Under the pieces are notes generated by a model. It had not been told where the DNA came from. It did no database searches and saw only the letters and a list, made by a program, of their open reading frames with translations. 64,000 bases of DNA from Podarcis muralis (Eukaryota). The stretch's first letter is position 1. Every line of letters starts with the position of its first letter. Location: NCBI RefSeq assembly GCF_964188315.1, contig NC_135670.1, forward strand, positions 1,240,001 to 1,304,000, given 5' to 3'. Position numbers and translations under genes: made by a program. Below are positions 10,763 to 23,481 of this stretch, piece after piece.

Positions 10763-12888
10763 CTTGTTAAGCTTGAGTCCAGGGAATGGAAAGCCCACTG
10801 TGAACTGTTGGCTTATTAAAGCTCCGGGTGTATGGACAGGTGGGTACAAGGTGTGGCCAAAACATCCATACAGGAAGGTGTAGCAGGAGAGGACCTCTTG
10901 AAGATAATTTATTATCACCAGTTGTAATAGTGTGGTGATACCTGCCCTTTGGAGTTTGCTGCCATTAAATATTAGACAGGCACCATATCTACTGTCTTTT
11001 GGGTCCTTAACTACAGACCTTCCTCTTCCAATTAGCTTTTTAAGTGGATATCCTTATTCCAGTCTGTATCTGTACCTGTAAACGTTATTTAACTGCTTTA
11101 ATTGTTTTTGTGTATGGAACTATTTTAAAAAAAAACCAACAACAACCAACAACACAAGAAACTGTAATTGTTTTTGTACATTTTTATTGCTTTTTGGTTG
11201 CCATTGTTTTGTTTTACTTATTAATAAAATACCTTGCAGTAAGGGGAAGTTAACAAATCAGTCAGTCAATAAGTCTGCATTCATAATCGCTGGGCTGCTT
11301 TAGTTTGTTCTCCTACATTGGTCTTACTTTTTGATGATGATGATGATGCAATTCTTGGGCTTCCCCAAGATGGCTGATACATCCCTCTTGTATATGGGTG
11401 GTTTTTTTTAGATTTTCTGGAAACAGATAACCTCCTTAAATTTTGATAGATCAGTTTTCTAATCTGGGTGATAGGAAATTCATATTGAGTACTCTAGTAG
11501 TGTGAATTCAACCAACCATTGATACTAAAAAGTGAAGTGAGAAAAATAGGAACTCAGAACATTCTTGCTCATTTAATGTGTTATTGTTGTACTGTTTAGC
11601 CAAAAGGAAGATATAGCAGTTTTCCATTTTTTTAAAGCAAAATACCTTAGGCCACCCCTGCGCTTATTTTATGGGGTCATGCATGAAAAGCATTATGGGT
11701 TTTGACTGAATAGAATTGCTGTGAATGGTTCATGTATGTATTTATCTGATTTTATTTATATTCAAGATCTTCTCTATTTTGGTACCAATATATTGCAACT
11801 TGGAATGCAATCCTATGGCTTCTGGGAAGGTGACTTGGGGTCATAGGATGCAATGGACTTCAGAGCTGAAGAACGCTCCAGCCATTCTAGCATCATTCAT
11901 GGTCCTGGTCCTATTGATGATGGAAGTCTGGCATCAATAGAGCCCAAAATAAGTAATACTGAAGGCTTGTGAAGGAGCTGAAAAGAACTTCTGAGCAAAT
12001 GGTCCAATCCTGCAGGGTGCTGCTTTGTAAGAACCTTCACTGGGTGGAGGCTACTTGCAAAGGAGCTCCTGGCATAATTGTATCAGCCACTCTTCAGTTT
12101 GTGAGCAGGAGATTCCTGCTGGGGCGTGTTTCCCCTGGGTCTTTCCTGAGAGGGAACATCCTGGTACTGCCTGCCTCTGCTTCCTGCCTGATGCCCCACC
12201 TCTGACAGTTCCAGATCACTCCAGGAGGTGGTTGTTCACCAAACAGTGTTGATCTGGGGTGGTCTCCAATTGACTTAGTCAAAGCCAGATTCCACACAAA
12301 TTGGCATGGTTTAGTTTGTGGTTCAGGCTGTGGCTGAATCCTGTGCACAGCCCCAGCAGTTTGTACCTTGTGCAAAATACTACACAATTTCAACACCAGG
12401 CTATTTCAACCTGCCACATCTTTTCTGGTATTTTATCTTGCATCTTTCCCCCCAGCATTGTTTATGGCCCACTACAAACTTTTGTGTCTCTTGCTATTCC
12501 ACTGCAGTGAATCGGTGGCACTTTCTACAGACATGTGGTCAACATATTGTTTCCTGCTACGTTGCCTCCAGTGCCTGACTCTTCACCTGCAGTTATCTTC
12601 TCTGTAATTATTCCAAATGAACCATAATTGATTTGACTTCTTACTCGTGTCCCAGAGGGGTCCTGGTAGAATGGTGATCAAGACAGAAGGATGTCATTAG
12701 CACATCCAGATCTATTCAAAGTTGAGACTTGATTCTAGACACAACACAATATAAATCTGATGACTGTCAGTTCATCTCAGTTCTAATCATGCAAAATCAC
12801 ACTGAATGTTTGGTCATTCAAGTTAACCTGTTTTGTACTCAAGGACATTTGGGGGATAATGTGGAACAGGTGAAGATTTCAAGAAATA

Positions 12889-13121
12889 ATGCTGCTGTAC
12901 AGTATGTTGTTATTTCTAGTGTTCGGATTACTGCTCCTGCCTAAAACAGTGAGCAGGATTCCTGCTGCTAAATGTACAGTGAGTAAGCCTGTTCCTATTC
13001 TTCACAGATATTATCAGTCAGGAGAGCTGACAGTTGCTGGTATAATTTCTCAGACCTTCATCTTGTATGACCCGATCAAATTCCAAGGGCATCCATATCA
13101 GGAGCTGATTGGGGAGTTCAT
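12889..13121 (+). CDS. V2R gene B exon 1
   Basis: [19 protein letters not shown]...[16 protein letters not shown]; donor AT|gtaaga. Confidence 0.9.
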
Positions 13122-16100
13122 GTAAGAAGCTGAGAATGTTCACCATGCCATACTTCTGCCTGACTAATATTTCCAGGTGGTGTAGACTGATGTTTGCTTC
13201 AATAGGGTTGGGTTATTTATTGATATATTTTTATATGTCAGGATAATAAATTGCTTAATGAAATAAAGCTCTACGCAGTGAACATAAATTAACACAAAAC
13301 ACTCATAAATAATATACAAAACCTCAGCAATTTTAAAAATAAATAAAAAGTATGAATAACTAAATTATATTGCATAGGTAAAGGTAAAGGTAAAGGGACC
13401 CCTGACCTTTAGGTCCAGTCGCGGACGACTCTGGGGTTGAGGCGCTCATCTCGCTTTATTGAATTCTTCCCTTTCAGAAGATCACCCCCCTTCTGACTGA
13501 AATGAGATCCAAGTAGAATGTGTCTTCACACCACTACTTCTCCCTTCCCCAATTCAGCTTCCAAGTTTTCTCTTGCCTGAAACACTTAAAATACACCCAT
13601 CACTGTCTTTTGATCTAAGCTCAGAGGCTTAACACCAAGAGCATGACTCTCAACTCTCCCTTTTCCCTCCCCAATTGCTGACTCCAGCTAGCGTTAATCT
13701 GCAGTCATTCAGGAAGAGACTCCAGTCCCCTTTTGGAATCCCACTGCACTGCATCACCAGACTCTGGTCCAGCTGAGCTTTCCATCACAACATATTGAAC
13801 AGAAATGTAGCAAATATCTCTTGCAGTTGCTGCACTCTTGATGGCACAGGTTACTCTAATTGCAGATTACTGGCGCAGAATTACCAGCACATCTTGGCCC
13901 TGGTATTTGCAGTGAAGGAGATCGACAACAACTCCAAAATCCTACCCAATATCACTCTTGGTTTTGACGTATATAACAATTATTTCCATCCACTGATCAC
14001 ATGCCAGGCAACGTTGAAAGTTCTCTCCACACACAATCAATTCATCCCTAATTACAAATGTGATGTTCAGAACCATCTGGTAGCAGTCATTGGGGGACCC
14101 AGTTCCAACATAGTTGGGCACATTGCAGCCATACTGGGCACCTACAAGATTCCACAGGTAAATTTTGTTCATAGGAATTATTTATAAGATGAAGGTTTTG
14201 CATTCAGAAGCAGAAAGTAATCTGACTGAAATTAAAGGTAACACCATGCATGCTGCTTAATGTTTGGATATGATTTCTTTCTCCTATTTATAGTCTCTGA
14301 TATGAAATGGCAAAACCATCCCTGAACGCTATGGTGAACAGCCTACATTTTGCTGGACTTCAAAATCTGCCAGCAATTTAAAAAATGGGACAATACAATA
14401 GATTGGGCTTCCTCAGCCAGCAGCAAAATAAGGTTGTACACCATTACAGTTTAGTCAAAGAAGACCCATTGTAAACAGTTCACATGACAAATCTAGGTCC
14501 AGTGCTTTCAATTGTTCTCCTTCGGGGAAAGTGTAACTGCAAAGAACCTTAGTTGCTTATTTGCAAAAGAAAAGTCTGGACACTAGCTTTGGTGTGGGCA
14601 TTGAGAGAAGAAAATCCAGCTGCTAAAACCCAGACAGACTGATGTTTGTGTGCAGTTCCCCTGCAAGGAAGTTGAAGAGCTGAAGTTTGCAACATCTGCT
14701 TTATCAGCCAGTTCTCTCAGAACATCAACTGAATCATCTCAAAAAGACAGACTAGAAAACCAGTTTGTGGCTATTAGAGCAGGGGTAGGCAAACTAAGGC
14801 CCGGGGGCCAGATCCGGCCCAATCGCCTTCTAAATCTGGCCCACAAACGGTCCAGGAATCAGCGTGTTTTTACATGAGTAGAATGTGTCCTTTTATTTAA
14901 AATGTATCTCTGGGTTATTTGTGGGGCATAGGAATTCGTTCATTATTATTTTTCTTCAAAATATAGTCCAGCCCCCCACAAGGTCTGAGGGACAGTGGAC
15001 CGGCCCCCTGCTGAAAAAGTTTGCTGACCTCTGTATTAGAGCTTTCCTTTATCATTTGGATGCTGTTTGATCCTGCCTCGTGGTTTCTTCTTCAGTCCTA
15101 ATTTGCTCTCCAGTTTTGGCTTCATTCCTCAACTTTTATTCCAAAGTAGAAGTTTGGGGTTCATATTTCAAACCCTACTCACTTGAAAAGACATGCATTG
15201 TTTCTAGCCTTCCTGTCAATTGATAGACTTTTCTACTCACAGGTCCAGATACTAGTGGTGGCTTAGGAATCCTTCTAATTCACGAATACTCTGTATGGTA
15301 TGCAATTTTATGCTTTAGAATAAGCATCAGGCTCTTATATGCTACATGCATTAAAGGTTCATAGTTCAGTCATAGAGCATCTGCCTTGCATATCGAAGGT
15401 CACAGGTTAAATCCAGCATCTCCTACCTACTCCTGTTTTGCTTTCTTTTATTTAGTTCACCTACGCATCCGCTCCAGAGATGAATAACAGAACTGAAAAC
15501 AATTTCTACCACTGGATGTTCCCAAATGAGGCTCATCAATATGTTGGAATGATTCAGTTACTGTTGCATTTCAGGTGGACATGGGTTGGGATGATTTACC
15601 ACAATGTGGACAGTTCCACGATATTTGTACAGAATATGCTCCCCATCCTAACTCAGAATGGCATTTGCTTTGAGTTCATCAAAAACTTACCAGATGTAGG
15701 TTTTTCTAATCAACTCTCTGAAATGATGAAGAAGGCATTTGGGGTTATAAATGTTGCCATGGAAAGTACAGTCAATACAGTGATCTTTCATGGTGGCTTT
15801 CAGGCAATGATGAATTTAAGAATTCTGTTCCAACTCTTGCAATTTGAAGATGTTCCAGTGAAGTCAAAGATCTGGATCTTAACAGCAGATGTGGATTTCA
15901 CATCTTCTCCAGTTCAAAGAGACTGGGACCTTCATTTTATCCATGGCTCTGTATCCCTTGCTGTCTCCTCAAAGGAGGTGGCAGGATTCCGTGAATTCCT
16001 GCAAATGAGGAACCCAACACTAGAAAAAGAGGATGGTTTTCTGAGGGACTTCTGGCAACAGGTGTTTGCTTGCTCACTCCCTAGCTCCAGGGAAGCAGAG

Positions 16101-19100
16101 AGGGATGAAAATACTTGCACTGGAGAAGAGAAACTGGAGACTCTTCCTGGGTCTCTTTTTGAAATGAGCATGACTGCCCACAGCTACAGCATCTACAATG
16201 CCATCTATGCTGTGGCACATGCACTACATGCCATGCACTCATCCATTGCAAATGGCAGAACAGCAGTGAAGGGAGACAGATGGAAGGACCTGACTCAGAA
16301 GACATGGCAGGTAATGCTACTCACTGGGAGACAAAAACCTGAGATTTCAGCTTGTGTGGTATAGTCCTCTGCAGATGAAACTTGGACATGAAACCCGTTT
16401 CATCAAGGAACTCTCTAATGTAAACAATTATCATCTAATGATGTAAATTGTCTTCTCTTCCCTTTCTTTTTAGCTTCCCCACTTTCTAAGAAGTGCCACA
16501 TTTAATAGCAGTGCTGGGGGGAAAGTTGCATTTGACCAAAACGGGGAATTAGTATGTGGATTTGATATTATCAACTGGATCACATTCCCAAACCAATCCT
16601 TTCTTAGAGCAAAAGTTGGGATCATAGACCCTCAGGCACCCCCAGATAAACTGTTCTCCATTTCTGAGGATTTAATCATATGGCCCAGAACATTTAATCA
16701 GGTAGGACCTATGTGCCTTTCAAGCCACACTGTATTCATTGGGGAATCCTATGGCAAGATCCTCTGGGATGAGCATCTTTGGGTGCAGTGTCTCTCTAGC
16801 TCAACCCGATGATTTCCTGTTCAGCCAGGCTCAATCTGCATTAATCAGTGAACATTGGCTCAGCTGAGGATAAATAAGTTGCTGATTCCAGCTCAGCCAT
16901 GGCTAAACTGGCTGAGCTAAACCTGTCAGAATAAGGCTAGATTAAACCCCAAATAGGGGTCTGTGGGGGTGGTGGGAGCACAAGAGAGCGGGGACTTGGC
17001 TGTATCCTAAGCTCCTTCAGCTTTGTCAGGTCACCTGGGAACCTAGCATAAAACACTAAGTCAAAGGTTTGTCCTCCCTCTGCCAGGTTTGGGCGAAGCA
17101 GCACCAGCAACCCATTGATGAACGGGGTCTGGATATGATGTATTTTTTCATCAGCTTAATTTAATTTAAGCTTCTAGTCTGGCCCAAATGAGGTGGTGGA
17201 ACCTACGGTAGCTTGCATGTGACTTGTTTGCCTAGCATTTAGAGGGCACTGAACGGGGGGGGGGGGAGAGACTATATCCACAGAGTTTTATGTATTCTGT
17301 ATATGCTAAGCATTTTCTTCTTTCATTTGTTTACAGACACCTCTTTCACTGTGTAATGACAACTGCCCTCCAGGTTATCACAAGACAAAAAAGGAAGGGA
17401 AACCATTTTGCTGTTATGATTGCTATCCCTGTCCAGAGGGGCAAATTGCAGACCAGAAGGGTAAGAAATGTTGTGTGCATCATTTATAAGCCAAGGTACA
17501 TGGGTAAAAGCCTCAGTGCCTAGGGCTTGCCGATCGAAAGGTCGGTGGTTCGAATCCCCGCGGCGGGGTGCGCTCCCGTTGTTTGGTCCCAGCGCCTGCC
17601 AACCTAGCAGTTCAAAAGCACTCCCGGGTGCAAGTAGATAAATAGGGACCGCTTACTAGTGGGAAGGTAAACAGCGTTTCCGTGTGTGGCTCTGGCTTGC
17701 CAGAGCAGCGATGTCACACTGGCCACATGACCCGGAAGTGTCTCCGGACAGCGCTGGCCCCCGGCCTCTTGAGTGAGATGGGCGCACAACCCTAGAGTCT
17801 GTCAAGACTGGCCCGTACGGGCAGGGGTACCTTTACCTTTTTACATGGACATTCAGAAGTTACCATAAAGTTCAAAGTTCTTCATAGTTGTTGTGGTGGA
17901 TGATAGATTTCACATATTATTAAAAGGGATATGTATGCAATTATGGATGGTGTGAGTGGATACTACCGTATTTACTTGATTCTAATGTGCACCTTTTTGG
18001 GCCAAATAACATTGCCAAAATTAACATACACATTTAGGTTTAATGGCACATTTACATTTGCTAGCAAATCCTTTTTTGTTTTGTTTCAAGGTTCTGAAAA
18101 ATGAGGTTTGCATTAGATTTGATGGTGCATTAGAAATGAGTAAGTACGTTATTTCTCATCCCAAAGGCCAAATTCCCTCTTGAGAAACTTCATGGGGGTG
18201 AGTTTGAAGCGACTGGATGCATTAAAACTGTTCCTTTTGGAATGAAGCATTGTCCAGACCCATTCGATATTATTCAAAACTTTACTTGCAGAACTTTCTT
18301 CATAACAGACTTAAAACATCAAACGATACATCCAAACAGTTTCATAAGACATATGCCAGTCCAAGGCATAGGCTCAGCATCTTACAAAATATGAAATAAT
18401 CCAAGCAGACCTAAAGTCTTCCTCCTTATAGCATCCATTTTGCTCAGAGCTGTTTTTCTGGAGAGCTTAATTTACATCATCATTCCACAGAGCCTGAGAG
18501 CAAAGAACTAAAGGCAGCGCCCTTCAAAATGGCAATTTGTGATTCAATACCTTAAACATCTTAGGTTAAACACTTACATGTTAGATAGCAGAAACAAGTT
18601 ACCGTATTTTTCGCCCTATAGGATGCACTTTTCCCCCTCCAAAAATGAAGGGGAAATCTGTGTGCGTCCTATGGGGCAAATATAGGCTCTCGCTGAAGCT
18701 TGGAGAGCGTGAGGGGTCGGTGTGCAATTTCCCCCCTTTATTTCCCCCCCAAAAAACTAGGTGCGTCCTAGTGCGTCTCGGTGCCAGAATTCTTTAAATT
18801 TAGCTTCCAATTAATCCTTAAACCTTTATCCTACTCACGGATAGTAGTTTCTTTTAGCTCCAATTCTCAGGAAGAAGTCAGCGCTCTCCGCTAATGGTGA
18901 CGCGGCTTCACTTCGCAGGCTGGGTAAAACGACTCTCAGCACCGCGCCGCACACCCGCTGCTGTTCCGTAGCCTTTAAAAAGGCTCCTTCACAGCTTGGG
19001 GGGGGCACAAAGGTGCCCACTGAGTCTCCAGTTCACAGGCTTTGCGCCTGTGATTTTTTAGGGTCCCCGCTTCGCCGTAGCTGCGGGACCCGAACCTGTG

Positions 19101-20690
19101 AAGCAGATCTCCCTCGGGAGCTCCGGGGGAAATCCGCCATTAAGCGCTGGCGCTAACCGGAAGTGCGTCCTAGGTGCGTCCTATGGGACGGAGCGTCCTA
19201 TGGAACGAAAAATACGGTAATTATCAACTCAGAGCTCAGAGTGCTATTCTTGGCTTCAATATAGCACTATGTTAAAGCCTTCATTAATACACATAGCCAT
19301 TCCCACTTCAGTGTTAATTAAACCGATTATATTTAACATGCCAGTGATGGGCATGGCCAGGCACAAAAGTGAATGGAACAATTAGTGTAAGTTTTGTTTA
19401 TATTATAATTCCTGTTATAGTTATTTATATCCTGCCTTTCCCCCAATCCAGGAACCAAAGTGGCTTAAACAGATGAAACAGAACAAGCTAAAAATAGAGA
19501 AAAGCAAACATTAGAATGTAATTAAGTGCTAGTAGATATAAGGCCTAGTCGGTTTGCATGAGGGAAAAGGGTCTTTTAGATAGCCTGGACATCAACCATC
19601 TGGGGCTTCATAGGTCATAACCAGCACTTTGAATTGTGCCTGAAAACAGACTGGGAGTCAGTGGAGCTGTTCTAACTAAAGCCCCACATAGAGTTTGTTA
19701 CAGTAATCTGAAGAGGATGAATTAAGGCATGTGTCACTTTCACCAAATGAAGCTAAATGTTCAGGAATATCACCTTCATTTCTTCCAGACATGGATGGAT
19801 GCATTCAGTGTCCAGAGAGCCATTATCCAAATATTAACAGGGATTTCTGCCTCCCCAAAGCTATAACATTCTTGTCTTATGAAGATCCTTTGGGAAAAGG
19901 TTTGGCCATTGCTGCTCTCTCCCTTTCATTCATTACTGTTCTGGTGCTGGGAACCTTCATGAAGCACCATAAGACACCCATTGTCAAAGCCAATAACCGG
20001 AGCCTTTCCTATGCTCTCCTCGTCTCCCTCCTGCTCTCTTTCCTTTGTGCTTTTTTATTCATTGGTCAACCCAATACGGTGACCTGCCTCCTTCAACAAA
20101 CTGCTTTTGGCATCATCTTCTCAGTCACTGTTTCTTGCATGTTGGCCAAAACCATCACTGTGATTCTAGCTTTTAAGGCCACCAAGCCAGGATCCAAAAT
20201 GAGGAAATGGATGGGGAAAAGGGTGGCTGCTTCCATTGTTACTTCATGCTCCCTTCTTCAAGTCACCCTTTGTACTGTCTGGCTAGGAACCTCTCCCCCA
20301 TTCCCAGAGTATGATACGCATTCAGTGGTTAGTGAAACCATTGTACAATGCAATGCAGGATCTGATGTAATGTTTTATTGTGTGCTGGGCTTCATGGGCT
20401 TCTTAGCTACCGTCCGTTTTACTGTGGCTTTCCTAGCCAGAAATTTACCAGGCAGTTTCCAGGAAACTAAGTCAATTACCTTCAGCATGTTATTGTTTTG
20501 CAGTGTATGGTTATCCTTCTTCCCAACCTACCTGAGCACCAAAGGAAAATACATGGTGGCTGTGGAGATCTTCTCCATCTTGGCTTCTGGGGCAGGATTA
20601 CTGGGTTGCGTCTTTTTCCTCAAATGCTACATTATTGTGTTGAGGCCTGATCTAAACAAAAAGGAGCAGATAATAAAGAGAATGGTTTGA
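12889..20690 (+). CDS. V2R gene B, complete 6-exon model, about 877 aa
   Basis: Exons 12889-13121, 13866-14157, 15456-16310, 16474-16701, 17337-17460, 19789-20690 total 2634 nt, all GT-AG, in frame; VFT + cysteine-rich + 7TM domains. Confidence 0.94.
13376..13460 (-). mobile_element. Sauria SINE 3' fragment
   Basis: (ACCTTT)n tail on minus (aaggtaaaggtaaagg) plus SINE 3' body. Confidence 0.75.
13866..14157 (+). CDS. V2R gene B exon 2
   Basis: ttgcag|A TTA CTG...; [28 protein letters not shown]...YKIPQ|gtaaat; 292 bp. Confidence 0.93.
14780..15033. mobile_element. hAT (Charlie-like) MITE, 254 bp
   Basis: TIRs caggggtaggcaaact / agtttgctgacctctg; perfect 8-bp TSD tattagag. Confidence 0.88.
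15357..15423 (+). mobile_element. degenerate tRNA-derived SINE head
   Basis: atagttcagtcatagagcatctgccttgcatatcgaaggtcacaggttaaatcc has A-box/B-box remnants of a tRNA-like SINE. Confidence 0.45.
15456..16310 (+). CDS. V2R gene B exon 3
   Basis: ORF 15480-16364 ([27 protein letters not shown]); donor TWQ|gtaatg. Confidence 0.95.
16474..16701 (+). CDS. V2R gene B exon 4
   Basis: 228 bp, [11 protein letters not shown]...[12 protein letters not shown]...WPRTFNQ|gtagga. Confidence 0.92.
17337..17460 (+). CDS. V2R gene B exon 5 (cysteine-rich domain)
   Basis: 124 bp, [14 protein letters not shown]...[11 protein letters not shown]; donor G|gtaaga. Confidence 0.92.
17504..17841 (+). mobile_element. 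Sauria SINE, slightly 5'-truncated
   Basis: tRNA-like head, ACCTTT tail, TSD tacatgg. Confidence 0.88.
17966..18149. mobile_element. degenerate Tc1/mariner (Tc2-like) MITE
   Basis: ta|ccgtatttact ... agtaagtacgt|ta termini. Confidence 0.5.
18602..19217. mobile_element. Tc1/mariner (Tc2/pogo-like) non-autonomous element, 616 bp
   Basis: TIRs ccgtatttttcg / cgaaaaatacgg with TA TSD; subterminal gcgtcctatgg repeats. Confidence 0.8.
19789..20690 (+). CDS. V2R gene B exon 6 (7TM)
   Basis: ttccag|AC ATG GAT; [32 protein letters not shown]; stop TGA. Confidence 0.96.
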
Positions 20691-21319
20691 CCAAAGTTTG
20701 TGTCTTCTGTTATGGTGTGTGCTTGAATGCACTTCATGTGATTCTCCTGAGAGCTTCTTCTTCCACAGGGATGGTACTTACTTACAGTTAGGGATTCTGA
20801 GGCATATCTCATCAGGTAGCACATTTTGTGGGGCACCCAGTCACACATACCCCCCTTTCAGGGAATGTGATCAAGAAGATGGCGTTGGAACAATTGCATG
20901 TGCCCTCGATGAAGCTGGTGTTCTGGACTGATTTCAGTCTGTGTTCCAGCTTGGCTATAGTCTTGGTCATCCTTGTGCATCAGATTTATTGCGAGAATGA
21001 CAGGTGAATTGAGAACCTGTAATACCTTCTTGCTTTTCTACCCACATCTTTGATTTTCTTACCCCATTGGTCACACTCTCCTAAATCTGTTCCATCAGTA
21101 TTTGGGGAAAGTTTACTATAGGGATAGCTAACTAACACTTGATCTGGGGTCTCACACATATTTTCCTGATTCTCTTCTAACACCGACCCCTATGATCCTT
21201 CTGAATTTAGGGGTTGCTGCATGGACAATCCCCACCCCCGAAACACAGTGCTAGGATGGGGGTAGAGATTCTTGTGTTTTCCAATATGTCAGTGAGAGTG
21301 TGTACAATGATGTCAGCTG

Positions 21320-22220
21320 CATAGAATCATAGAATCATAGAGTTGGAAGAGACCACAAGGGCCATCGAGTCCACCCCCCCTGCCAAGCAGGAAACACCAT
21401 CAGAGCACTCCTGACATATGGTTGTCAAGCCTCTGCTTAAAGACCTCCAAAGACGGAGACTCCACCACACTCCTTGGCAGCAAATTCCACTGTCGAACAG
21501 CTCTTACTGTCAGGAAGTTCTTCCTAATGTTTAGGTGGAATCTTCTTTCTTGTAGTTTGGATCCATTGCTCCGTGTCCGCTTCTCTGGAGCAGCAGAAAA
21601 CAACCTTTCTCCCTCCTCTATGTGACATCCTTTTATATATTTGAACATGGCTATCATATCACCCCTTAACCTCCTCTTCTCCAGGCTAAACATGCCCAGC
21701 TCCCTTAGCCGTTCCTCATAAGGCATCGTTTCCAGGCCTTTGACCATTTTGGTTGCCCTCCTCTGGACACGTTCCAGTTTGTCAGTGTCCTTCTTGAACT
21801 GTGGTGCCCAGAACTGGACACAGTACTCCAGGTGAGGTCTGACCAGAGCAGAATACAGTGGCACTATTACTTCCCTTGATCTAGATGCTATACTCCTATT
21901 GATGCAGCCCAGAATTGCGTTGGCTTTTTTAGCTGCCGCATCACACTGTTGGCTCATGTCAAGTTTGTGGTCAACCAAGACTCCTAGATCCTTTTCACAT
22001 GTACTGCTCTCAAGCCAGGTGTCCCCCATCTTGTATTTGTGCCTCTCATTTTTTTGCCCAAGTGCAATACTTTACATTTCTCCCTGTTAAAGTTCATCTT
22101 GTTTGTTTTGGCCCAGTTCTCTAATCTGTCAAGGTCATTTTGAAGTGTGATCCTGTCCTCTGGGGTGTTAGCCACCCCTCCCAGTTTGGTGTCATCTGGA
22201 AATTTGATCAGGATGCCCTT
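21320..22220 (-). mobile_element. CR1 LINE 3' fragment (copy 2, 0.9 kb)
   Basis: ORFs 21984-22232 and 21400-22029 = CR1 ORF2 (FPDDTKL instead of FADDTKL; -1 slip in an A-run); (ATTCTATG)n tail. Confidence 0.94.
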
Positions 22221-23263
22221 GATCATATGCATATAATTTGATCATATGCATTTAATTCTTCCATGAAGAGGGAATTTCTACATTTTCCCATCAATATACA
22301 TAGCCCCCAACAGGCCTTTGAGAAAACCTGTCCATTATCCAGTTGGTATGCATAGTCTGGAATAAATATGGTTCCGCACTCTATTTCTTGTTCAGAAGTG
22401 TGCAATCTGTGTTCACCAGGCTGCTTCTTGCCCACTGCCTAATCTTACGTGGCCCAGAACACAACCTGTGATGGGTCAAACAGCATGAAGAAGGTTGGGC
22501 TCCAGATAATTTTCACATTTTTTTCTGCGGACCACTGACTATCAGCTGTTTGCCAGTCAGCTGAGCAGCACAAGGGGCATTGCTGGAAAAGGATGCTTTT
22601 GAACCTTCCATCTCCTAATTCTGATGGAAATTTCCCATCCATGCACCCCAGTGCTGCCATCAAGGGTATCGCCTACTTTGTTTTCCTTTACTGGAATTAA
22701 ACAAAACTCTACTGGAATTATGAAACCTTAATTCATAGTATAACAATGGATATGAAATCCTAGCCCAATTTGGAATGCGCAAACAGTCTTGCAAATTGGC
22801 TATCGTTTAAGAGCCTCTTCTTTTTGAAGACCACAAAGTCCTTGTGGTCTTTATTTTATTTTTTACTGCTAGTCTTTTGATGTCTTATTAAGGAGGATAA
22901 AATAGGAACTGTTGCTGAAGTGTGATAAACATCCCCCCCCACCTTGTCTCAGAGGCTGCAATGCTGCGCAGGTGATTATCTCTCTTGCGATTATGACAAT
23001 AACTATGATTACTTCTCCAGTTCTACAGAGAGTTCCAGTGTCCAGTAGCAAAACAACGATGCAAGACAGAGGGTTGCTTTTAATATCACCTGCACCATTC
23101 AGAGCTGGGGCTTGAGGTGCACAGGGCTACATCAGTCTGATTGCTAAAACTTTGTATCGTATCACCCTGGCTTCAGTCTTCTGAGTGAGTGGACATTCAA
23201 GCCAGAGACTTGCCGATGTAGGAACAGGTTATTTGGTTTCTAGAAAGGAGGTTTTCATGCAGT

Positions 23264-23481
23264 ATGGTGATATTTGTGGTGTTGGTATTAGTACTGCTTC
23301 CTCAAGCAGTGTGCAAGGTTCCTATTTCTAGATGCAATGTTAGTCGCCCTCTTCCTATTCATCACAAGTATCATCAGTCAGGAGACCTCATAATTGGTGG
23401 CATTATTTCTCATATCTTCCGTTTTTTAGATACGATTTGCTTCCAAAACCGTCCCTCTCCTGAACTTTTTGGTGATCTCAT
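23264..23481 (+). CDS. V2R gene C exon 1
   Basis: [18 protein letters not shown]...[16 protein letters not shown]; donor AT|gtaagg. Confidence 0.92.

Noticed and set aside
10727-10900. U2-targeting retrotransposon (Keno or Utopia) inserted after U2 nt 37
   Set aside because: The break at nt 37 fits those elements, but the bases after it are the 16-bp TSD also found at 6384-6399. There is no ORF, no downstream U2 remainder and no U2 promoter.
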